Shown here one piece after another: positions 9,284-16,573 of a stretch of 40,397 nt of DNA (the stretch's first letter is position 1; each line of letters starts with the position of its first letter). The notes under the pieces were generated by a model. The model had not been told where the DNA came from and ran no database searches. It was given only the letters and a program-made list of their open reading frames with translations. Position numbers and translations under genes: made by a program. Origin of the DNA: Acaryochloridaceae cyanobacterium VAR_48_metabat_390 (GTDB lineage: Bacteria; Cyanobacteriota; Cyanobacteriia; Thermosynechococcales; Thermosynechococcaceae); the NCBI GenBank assembly GCA_031422435.1, contig JANPLU010000057.1:1-40397 (forward strand). The letters run 5' to 3'.

Positions 9284-10408
9284 AGTTCGCTCGTCGTTTT
9301 CAGAAGCATTCAATAACTTTTTAATTTCCTCAATACTCAATGGAGGAGAACGGCGATGAATCATGGCATGACAGTTTGGGCAGACAGGACGTAGATCTTT
9401 CACAGGATCCACCTCATACTCTTCTGCAATCTCAGAAATAGGTCGGATGTGATGAACATGAATAAAACCTTCGCCCAATTCTCTAAAGACTTTGCAAAAG
9501 TTGAAGCCGCAAGCCGAACAATCCAAGCCATAGTAATCAATACATTTTTGTCGAGCTTTAGAATCTCGCTCATAGGCGTTGACCGAAACTCGCTTCACCG
9601 AACCCTCAACAAATTTTTCAGCTAGGTCTACTTCATCAGGAAAAAATTTAATAGTAGCTACAGATTCCTGAATCTGAAGACTATTTTGCCAATTCCAAAA
9701 ACGTTCTACATAATTCTCAAAATAATCATTCTCACCACAAAGTATGTTTGCAGCAGCACGAAAAATTGGGAAAAGTGTGACAAAATCATTAATTACGGGG
9801 AGAGCCGCATCAAGATTTTCGACAGGAAGTGTAAGATATTTTCCTTCAAAAGAAGTTTGATGCCAATCTCGTTCTGGAACCAATTGCAGGTTATCAATGA
9901 ACCCACTAAGATTGAATTCTTTAGTGTCATATAATGGTTCAATTGCTTCAGAATAAACGTCATAGTTACCCTGAGTTAGCAACTTAATAACACTTTCTGG
10001 GTACTTTTTTAAGACTTGGACGATTGGGTTGCCTTCTAACCCTCTGAGGCCAAAGAAAGTCACATACAATTTATCAAAAGTACATTCAAACCTTAGTTGA
10101 AAAAACCATGCTTGCCCTTTTATAGCTAATCCAGCAGTTGCCGCTTCAAACGCTTTGGTATTTCTTGCTTCGAGACGATGAGCAGGTGTAGTCGCTATTC
10201 GACAAGCTAAGAGAGCATCTGAACCGTAGACTTTGCGAATCAGATCACAAGTATAGTTGATAAGGATCTTGAGCTTGGGGACAAGTAGTGCTTGAAGTTG
10301 ATCAGCACGCTTACGAGTGTCTTCAATAGCGAAAAGACTTTGTTCAGCAAACCCTATCTGGAACGCTTCGACAAGTAGTGAAAATTCTGTCTCTTCGACT
10401 GAGTTCAC
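9278..10408 (-). CDS. HNH endonuclease (McrA-like C-terminal domain) with uncharacterised N-terminal domain
   Basis: YERDSKAR..CSACGFNF..IHVHHIRP..VCPNCHAMIH. AGGAG RBS before the GTG start. Confidence 0.9.
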   Translation of the reverse strand: MNSVEETEFSLLVEAFQIGFAEQSLFAIEDTRKRADQLQALLVPKLKILINYTCDLIRKVYGSDALLACRIATTPAHRLEARNTKAFEAATAGLAIKGQAWFFQLRFECTFDKLYVTFFGLRGLEGNPIVQVLKKYPESVIKLLTQGNYDVYSEAIEPLYDTKEFNLSGFIDNLQLVPERDWHQTSFEGKYLTLPVENLDAALPVINDFVTLFPIFRAAANILCGENDYFENYVERFWNWQNSLQIQESVATIKFFPDEVDLAEKFVEGSVKRVSVNAYERDSKARQKCIDYYGLDCSACGFNFCKVFRELGEGFIHVHHIRPISEIAEEYEVDPVKDLRPVCPNCHAMIHRRSPPLSIEEIKKLLNASENDERTT

Positions 10409-10633
10409 ATTTATACTCCTGAACTAAGGACTGTCAGAAAGTCAACGCTGAAGAGCCTTATATTCTCAGTGCATATCGCATCTACTTAACTCTAAATAGA
10501 TGTATTGCGTTCGCCTATAATCTTCAAACGGTATAGGACGACAGCCATCCACTGATATGCCTTAATTTGGCATACGGACGGGTACTTGTCCATCCACATC
10601 GCAGATTTGGAGATTAGCTAGACAATAATTCAT

Positions 10634-10717
10634 CCATAACGCCTTATGCAGTCGTCCAGCCAAGGCTAATTTCGGGTAAGCTTTGGCAAAGCATTGTTTA
10701 CTTGCAAGATGTTGCTC
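10634..10717 (-). repeat. Second, more degenerate attC-like hairpin upstream of the HNH gene
   Basis: Minus strand: GAGCAAC-ATCT-TGCA(A)GT...GCCAAAGCT/AGCCTTGGC...ACTGCA-TAAGGC-GTTATGG. Confidence 0.35.
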
Positions 10718-10791
10718 GTAAGTACCGCAATCAAGTATTGGAGTCAGAAAATGTGGCGATCGCCTTTCATTGGATGAAGTATGGGTATAAT

Positions 10792-10893
10792 GGCGATCGC
10801 CCAAGACCCAACCCTAGAATTTTGGCCTTAGATGAAGCAAAATCTACACTATTGCTACCAGCGTTTAATGGGCGGCAACATCCCAACTTAAGG
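10792..10893 (+). pseudogene. Displaced, degenerate duplicate of the recG 3' end (right repeat copy)
   Basis: Reads AIAQDPTLEFWP*MKQNLHYCYQRLMGGNIPT* versus recG AIAQDPTLELWPLMKQELDYRYQRLMGGTILT*, with an in-frame TAG. Confidence 0.93.
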
Positions 10894-11057
10894 AAGCTTT
10901 TAACAATCCAACTTAAGGGTGCGTGGGTTTTAGTTTTGTTTCTAAGCCGCTTTTATGGGGCAACTCAGCGCAAAAAAATCAGATGGGTTTATATGCTGAC
11001 CCCAAAAGAGAAACCATCAGCGCGTTATTAAAATCAGCATCTTTTGGCTATTCATAA

Positions 11058-11095
11058 CCTGAAGCATCTCATCAAGATTAATGAGATGCTTCAGG
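11058..11095. terminator. Perfect 15-bp hairpin between the recG tail copy and the convergent cyclophilin gene
   Basis: CCTGAAGCATCTCAT-N8-ATGAGATGCTTCAGG. No strong U tract. Confidence 0.5.
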
Positions 11096-11337
11096 GCTAA
11101 GTGTGAAGCCTGCAAACTATGGTGGAAGTCTGTTCTATCCCATAGCTGTATCAAAATGTAAGGGTTTTGAACTATGAATATCTACGTGCGCTTAAAAGCG
11201 CTGACTCTTTGCCTGAGCGGCGTCGAAGCCTTTCCGACCCAGCCTAGCCAATGGGTTTCCAAGCTTCGGAACTTGCTGTAATGGCTTTACTACAACGAAT
11301 TTTTATACTCGTGGAAAGACTTACCTATCCGCGTTGA

Positions 11338-11766
11338 TTAGGCGGCGTCAGGCACAATTTTAACAGACAGCATTTTGTCGCCTTGGCGGATGGCGTTAAC
11401 AACATCCATATCTGTGGTTTGTCCAAAGACAGTATGAACTCCATCAAGGTGCCCTTGGGGAGAATGACAAATAAAGAACTGGCTTCCGCCCGTGTCTTTA
11501 CCAGCATGAGCCATAGATAGCGTGCCAGCAACATGCTTATTAGGGTTGATTTCGCACTTGATTTTGTAGCCGGGGCCACCAGTACCAGTGCCATTAGGGC
11601 AGCCACCCTGAATCATAAAGTCAGGAATCACACGGTGAAAGCCAAGGCCATCATAGAAACCTTTCTCAGAGAGTTCTACAAAGTTTTTGACCGTATTGGG
11701 TGCATCGGCATCAAAAAACTGAATGTTGATGGTGCCTTTGTTGGTTTCAATGATTGCGCGTGTCAC
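11338..11766 (-). CDS. Cyclophilin-type peptidyl-prolyl cis-trans isomerase
   Basis: [29 protein letters not shown] and HTVFG motifs. Start placed at GTG 11766 ([11 protein letters not shown]). Confidence 0.93.
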   Translation of the reverse strand: MTRAIIETNKGTINIQFFDADAPNTVKNFVELSEKGFYDGLGFHRVIPDFMIQGGCPNGTGTGGPGYKIKCEINPNKHVAGTLSMAHAGKDTGGSQFFICHSPQGHLDGVHTVFGQTTDMDVVNAIRQGDKMLSVKIVPDAA

Positions 11767-11896
11767 AGATGCAGCCTTTTTGAGGTTTACGTTTGCAATT
11801 ATACCGTTTGCCTTGCGAGAGGCTGGACTGAGAGACAGGTAAAGATCCTTCGCAAAAGTGTTCAACAACTCATCCATCCGGTAAGCTGAGTGGAGC

Positions 11897-12028
11897 AATC
11901 GGTTCTGACGGGGAGCAGCCGTTGGAGGAAACAGGGAAAGAGCAGTGCAATTCTGCCGCTGTCCCGCAACTGTAATTGAGGCGTTTGGTCTACTGCCGCC
12001 GCTCTTAAAAGCCAGAATGCCTGCCGAG
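11897..12028 (+). promoter_or_regulatory. Cobalamin (B12) riboswitch
   Basis: GGGAA...GTGCAATTC...GCTGTCCCGCAACTGTAA and B12-box AAGCCAGAATGCCTGCC, directly upstream of cbtB and cobW. Boundaries are approximate. Confidence 0.9.
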
Positions 12029-12067
12029 CGCTCAATCTACACTTTAGTCTTATCTGCGAGGTACAGA

Positions 12068-12265
12068 ATGACGGCTCAATCTCCTAGTTCAGTTTCGGTT
12101 CAGCGCCGCGTTATAGACCGGACGCTTTCGGTTCCAGTACAGTCGGCACTTTACCTCTCTCTCTGTGGGCTAACGCTCTGGACGGTCTACTTCACAACCT
12201 ATCCCCCCATTCATGATGCTGTGCATTCACTGCGCCACCATACGGCGCTTGTGAGCTGTCATTAA
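12068..12265 (+). CDS. cbtB: CbtB-domain cobalt transporter subunit
   Basis: 65 aa, one TM helix followed by IHDAVHSLRHHTALVSCH. Confidence 0.85.
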   Translation: MTAQSPSSVSVQRRVIDRTLSVPVQSALYLSLCGLTLWTVYFTTYPPIHDAVHSLRHHTALVSCH

Positions 12266-12321
12266 GGGTGTGGCTGGGGCTAAGTTCAGCTCGGTTGCGT
12301 TGTCATTGTTCAGAGAAAGTA

Positions 12322-13503
12322 ATGTCAAAGTTCAAACGTTTTGCGCTCATCAGTGCGGCTTGCCTGATGGGGGTTTTACTGTATAGCTGGGTGGCATTAT
12401 CCCAGTTACCGCAGGCGTCCATTAAGCTCACCACGAGTCCAGTGCTTTCACAGATTAGACCGTTTGAGGCGGAATCTTCCGATCCGCAGCCTCCGGGACA
12501 GCTTACGCTTCAGGCTTTAGATCGGTCTGGGCAGGCGTTAGAGAATGCTAAAATTCATCTCACAATTCTGACTCAACCTAAGAATCCTTGGTTTACGACA
12601 GATTTTCCGATTGTGGAGGGCACGACGCTATTGGATATGGAGGCTCTAACGCCCAAGGGTGAGCTAAAGCTTCAGCAAATGCTGCCGATTCGAGGGGATT
12701 ACAGGCTACAGATCAAGGTCACGCCTGTGGCTGAAAATGCATTTGCCCCTATTCAGGAAACCTTACGACTGCGAGTCTCTGAAAACTGGGTTAAGTATCG
12801 CAACTTAGGCATTGTGGCGACCATTTTGGTTGCGGTAGGGCTGGGTGGTGGCTGGGTAATCGGTAGCAGACAAAAGATCTTGCCTGGAGAGGTTGCACCA
12901 CAGCGGGTCAAGCTGCTGCTGAGTGGCGTGACGGTGGTGGCGATCGCCGCACTTCTCTTCGTCAATATCAGTGCAGAATTTGCCCAATCCCACGGGTCAA
13001 TGGCAATGTCCCACGGCACAGAAGAAGCTCCCCCCTCTAATAAACCTTCTAAGCTCAATACCAAGGGGCTGGCAGTTGAACTATCGGGGGATGTCAGCGC
13101 TACGGTCGGTCAACCCGCAAAGCTACAGGTTAGCGTGATGGATACCAAGACTAATAAACCTGTCACGAATGTAGCGCTGAAAGTAACAACGACCCAGCTC
13201 GAAAATAAATGGGTTGCATTTGCCTATGAGGGCACTCCAGACCTTAACGGAACGTTTGTATGGCAGCAACAGTTCTTTGATGGTGCGCCCCATCATGTTG
13301 AAGTTGAGATTGCGCCTCAAGCCAACGCAGATCGACAGTTTAAGCCGCTTCAAGTTGCTCAAACTATTGCGGTAGAAGGCGTTGCACCACCGATCCAGGT
13401 ACGGTTGATTACGCTGACATACTTTACATTGCTGGTTGGGCTGGGGCTACTGCTGGGGTTAGAACTTCAGCGGCGACGCACTCACTCACCCAGATTAACC
13501 TGA
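12322..13503 (+). CDS. Uncharacterised membrane protein (4 hydrophobic segments, two similar beta-rich domains, HGSMAMSHG motif)
   Basis: Long ORF between cbtB and cobW. ATG at 12322 preferred over GTG at 12268. Confidence 0.8.
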   Translation: MSKFKRFALISAACLMGVLLYSWVALSQLPQASIKLTTSPVLSQIRPFEAESSDPQPPGQLTLQALDRSGQALENAKIHLTILTQPKNPWFTTDFPIVEGTTLLDMEALTPKGELKLQQMLPIRGDYRLQIKVTPVAENAFAPIQETLRLRVSENWVKYRNLGIVATILVAVGLGGGWVIGSRQKILPGEVAPQRVKLLLSGVTVVAIAALLFVNISAEFAQSHGSMAMSHGTEEAPPSNKPSKLNTKGLAVELSGDVSATVGQPAKLQVSVMDTKTNKPVTNVALKVTTTQLENKWVAFAYEGTPDLNGTFVWQQQFFDGAPHHVEVEIAPQANADRQFKPLQVAQTIAVEGVAPPIQVRLITLTYFTLLVGLGLLLGLELQRRRTHSPRLT

Positions 13504-13555
13504 GCTGCATTGGATCATTTCAGGTCTTTAATTCCCTTCCCTTTTAGAGAAAATT

Positions 13556-14608
13556 ATGGCAGCGAAAATTCCCGTTACGGTGATTACCGGATTTTTGGGC
13601 AGTGGCAAAACCACACTGATTCGGCAACAGCTTCAAAACAATCAGGGTCGGCGCATTGCAGTTTTGGTCAATGAATTTGGCGAAATTGGCATTGATGGCG
13701 ACCTGCTGCGCGATTGCCAGGTCTGTGATGAAGACGGGCAGGTGTTGCCCAATCAAGAGATGCCCAACATTGTAGAACTCACCAACGGCTGTCTTTGCTG
13801 CACGGTGCAAGAAGAATTTCTGCCCACCATGCAGGAGTTACTGAAGCGCCGCGACCAAATCGACTGCATCTTAATTGAAACGTCTGGGTTAGCCCTACCT
13901 AAACCCTTGATCCAGGCGTTTCGCTGGGATGAGATCCGCACGGGCGCAACGGTAGACGGCGTAATTACCGTGGTAGACTGCGAAGCCGTCTCGACAGGTA
14001 AGCTAGCGGCGGATCTGGATGCCCTGAATGCCCAGCGCGAAGCGGATCCGAATTTAGACCACGAGTCGCCTCTTGAAGAGCTATTTGAAGATCAGTTGGC
14101 CTGTGCCGATCTCGTGCTGTTGACCAAAACCGACTGTGTGGATAGCCAAACCCAGGCAGAGGTGAGATCGCGGGTTCAGCAAGAACTGCGACCTGGGGTC
14201 AAAATCATCCCCTGCTGCGACGGGCAAATTAGCTCAGAGATTTTGCTGGGCTTTAATGCCGCCGTAGAAGACAACCTAGAGACACGTCCCAGCCACCACG
14301 ACACAGAAGAAGAGCATGACCATGATGATGACATCCTTTCTGTGCCAATCGTTTCAGCTCAGGCACTCGATCCACAGGCGCTGGTGCTGAAGCTCAAGAC
14401 GTTAATTGCAGAGCAGGATATTTATCGCATTAAGGGTTTTGTGAATGTGGCCAATAAACCGATGCGGATGGTGTTACAAGGGGTGGGCGATCGCATTGAG
14501 ACGTTTTACGACCGTCCGTGGCGAACCGATGAAGCCCGTGCAACCCGCTTGGTTTTTATTGGGCGTAATTTAGACACTGCAAAAATTTCTGCCGTAATTC
14601 ATGCCTAG
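13556..14608 (+). CDS. cobW: Cobalamin biosynthesis protein CobW (COG0523 GTPase)
   Basis: GFLGSGKTT, NEFGE, GCLCC, ETSGLALP, a His-rich linker and RIKGF. Confidence 0.93.
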   Translation: MAAKIPVTVITGFLGSGKTTLIRQQLQNNQGRRIAVLVNEFGEIGIDGDLLRDCQVCDEDGQVLPNQEMPNIVELTNGCLCCTVQEEFLPTMQELLKRRDQIDCILIETSGLALPKPLIQAFRWDEIRTGATVDGVITVVDCEAVSTGKLAADLDALNAQREADPNLDHESPLEELFEDQLACADLVLLTKTDCVDSQTQAEVRSRVQQELRPGVKIIPCCDGQISSEILLGFNAAVEDNLETRPSHHDTEEEHDHDDDILSVPIVSAQALDPQALVLKLKTLIAEQDIYRIKGFVNVANKPMRMVLQGVGDRIETFYDRPWRTDEARATRLVFIGRNLDTAKISAVIHA

Positions 14609-14645
14609 ATCTGGCGCACTGCCAGCACTCGCTCGGCCTTAAATG

Positions 14646-15299
14646 CTAGCGACGGTCATGAAATTCGATACGGCTCCCCCGCAGGCTAACGTCATAGCGC
14701 TGCAAAAAATCTTGACCCAGTAGACCCATTTCCATATCTGGTCCTGCGATCGCCACCTGAACCTGAGTCTTCATCAGCCCCCCAACGGTCATCGCATTGA
14801 GATACACAATGGGCATTTGCGTTAATCCATTAGCGGTCTTAAAGGTCACATAATCAACGATTTGTGAAGAACTAATTCCCAGCGCTCTCGCCATGGGACG
14901 CGTAATGGTTGTAATGCTGGCGCCTGAATCAACCATCATTTCAAAGGTTCTGCGCTGGTTGAAAACCACGTCAATTACCGGAACGCCACCACTGCGTCGC
15001 TTAATCGCCACTAACCCTTGGGGCTGCGACCCCGATAGAGTTTGAAGGGGACGAGCAATTGTCTCACGCGAAAGCTGCTCCAGCTTGGTACGGTATTGCC
15101 GGAGCTGCTTCGCTTGACTGGGTATCAACGGAATCAGGCGATCAACAATCTGTAATGCTTGAGACCAATTCCTTTGAGCAACGGCAGACTGAAGCTGTTG
15201 CTCAAGCTGTGTCGCACTGAGTTGTCCTACAGCAGGCAGTGTGATGACACTCACCCATAGGCTGAGTAGCCCAATCCAAATCTGCTTACGTTTAAACAT
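14646..15299 (-). CDS. Retropepsin-like aspartic protease with signal peptide
   Basis: MMVDSGAS, TANG and LLGQDFL motifs. Start at 15299 or 15344. Confidence 0.85.
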   Translation of the reverse strand: MFKRKQIWIGLLSLWVSVITLPAVGQLSATQLEQQLQSAVAQRNWSQALQIVDRLIPLIPSQAKQLRQYRTKLEQLSRETIARPLQTLSGSQPQGLVAIKRRSGGVPVIDVVFNQRRTFEMMVDSGASITTITRPMARALGISSSQIVDYVTFKTANGLTQMPIVYLNAMTVGGLMKTQVQVAIAGPDMEMGLLGQDFLQRYDVSLRGSRIEFHDRR

Positions 15300-15475
15300 T
15301 TGAAGCAGTAGGCTTTGTGCCTCTTTTGGCTGGACTTTACCCATTACGCTCCAAAACTCCTGTAAAACGAGGCCATTCGCCCAATATATTGAACTCTAGC
15401 GTACCCACTTTGAAGGACGATAAGATCTATCCACTTCAGCCGCTGCTGCCCTCAAATGATGGAACTTCAGCCTTG

Positions 15476-16351
15476 ATGAATGCCGTTACAATCTTTTCTC
15501 AATTTCAGCGCTGCTTGCACACGCGGAATCAACTGCTGAGCCTTCTCTTGGTCGCCTTGCTGTCGGGCGGCTGCCAATTAATGCATCGAAATGTTTCCGT
15601 TGCCGACAGCATTCATCTAACCCTGGGGAACCCCAGTCATGCTGTAGCGCCTGCGGCAGACCGATACCACCTCTTTCTCAGATCTCAGTACGCACTGCTC
15701 TATGATCGCACCACCAGTACACCCGCTTGGGCAAGTTGGCAGCTCAATGCATCTTGGCTGGGGAACCTAAGTCGGCCTGAATTTACTCCCGATCCAGAGA
15801 TGTCAACGGGCTGGTTTACCGTCACACCCCGTAGCTACACGGGCAGCGGGTTTGATCGCGGACACATTGTGCCTGCCGCCGATCGCAACCGTACCCCCGA
15901 AGATTCTGCCGCCGTGTTTTACATGAGCAACATTGCACCCCAAGCCCCCGACAACAACCGTGGTCCCTGGGAACAACTCGAGAGCTACTGCCGCACTTTA
16001 GTCAGGTCAGGCAAAGAGCTTTACATTATTGCAGGGCCGACGGGTCAAGGCGGAGTGGGGAGTATAGGGGAAAAGGATGCGATCGCCAACAACAAAATCA
16101 CCGTTCCTGCCGCTTTTTGGAAAATTGTGGTGATCAATAACCAGCCCAGCCTAGGGTTAACTGGAGTTACCCAAAACACGCGGGTGATTGCGGTTTTAAT
16201 CCCCAATCGGCAGGGTATCAAAGAAGATAACTGGCAAACATTCCGTACAACCATTCGAGAACTAGAACAGCGCACGGGCTACGATTTTTTGTCAAACGTG
16301 CCGTCAGCAGTGCAGAACGTCCTAGAGACTCAGGCTAAAGAGCCTTTTTGA
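15476..16351 (+). CDS. DNA/RNA non-specific endonuclease (NucA-like), probable lipoprotein
   Basis: FDRGH, MSNIAPQ..NN.GPW.QLE and VPAAFWK motifs. LLSGGC lipobox-like segment. Start uncertain. Confidence 0.9.
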   Translation: MNAVTIFSQFQRCLHTRNQLLSLLLVALLSGGCQLMHRNVSVADSIHLTLGNPSHAVAPAADRYHLFLRSQYALLYDRTTSTPAWASWQLNASWLGNLSRPEFTPDPEMSTGWFTVTPRSYTGSGFDRGHIVPAADRNRTPEDSAAVFYMSNIAPQAPDNNRGPWEQLESYCRTLVRSGKELYIIAGPTGQGGVGSIGEKDAIANNKITVPAAFWKIVVINNQPSLGLTGVTQNTRVIAVLIPNRQGIKEDNWQTFRTTIRELEQRTGYDFLSNVPSAVQNVLETQAKEPF

Positions 16352-16364
16352 GATAATGCTCAAG

Positions 16365-16402
16365 GTTAAAGGTAGAGGCAACCGCCCTTGCCCTCTTTCA
16401 AC
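16365..16402 (+). terminator. Imperfect hairpin just after the nuclease gene
   Basis: GTTAAAGGTAGAGGCAA / TTGCCCTCTTTCAAC. Confidence 0.4.
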
Positions 16403-16573
16403 TTTAGAGCGCAACACTTTACAATTAAGAGTGTTGCTTTAAGCAGAAACAAGAGTTCTCCATCCGGCGAGAACCTAACACTTGAACTGCCCATGACGAC
16501 AAAGGCAATTCTGACTCCCTTTGAGTAACGCTCAAAGACCGTCCGGCTTGTCGCGCCCAACTAGAGAATAGAC

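Larger units (their letters stand above)
8044..10791. mobile_element. Integrase-less defence/TA islet inserted at the recG 3' end
   Basis: Bounded by the duplicated recG tail and visibly AT-richer than recG. Cargo is TA genes and an HNH nuclease; no recombinase ORF inside. Confidence 0.75.

Noticed and set aside
9278..10750. IscB/OMEGA or retron interpretation of the HNH gene plus upstream hairpins
   Set aside because: No RuvC or PLMP motifs and no reverse transcriptase. The HNH domain is McrA-like.
10702..11031. 109-aa ORF, and 7909-8142 (77 aa), sharing GDRPRPNPR.LA.DEA
   Set aside because: Both are alternate-frame readings of the duplicated recG tail, not a protein family.
11211..11230. 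CCTGAGCGGCGTCGAAG, resembling a short dispersed repeat recalled from cyanobacteria
   Set aside because: Single copy in the window, so a repeat cannot be supported from this sequence.
11767..12067. N-terminal extensions of the cyclophilin (to 11898) and CbtB (from 11945) ORFs
   Set aside because: They run through the promoter and riboswitch; the recognisable proteins start at 11766 and 12068.
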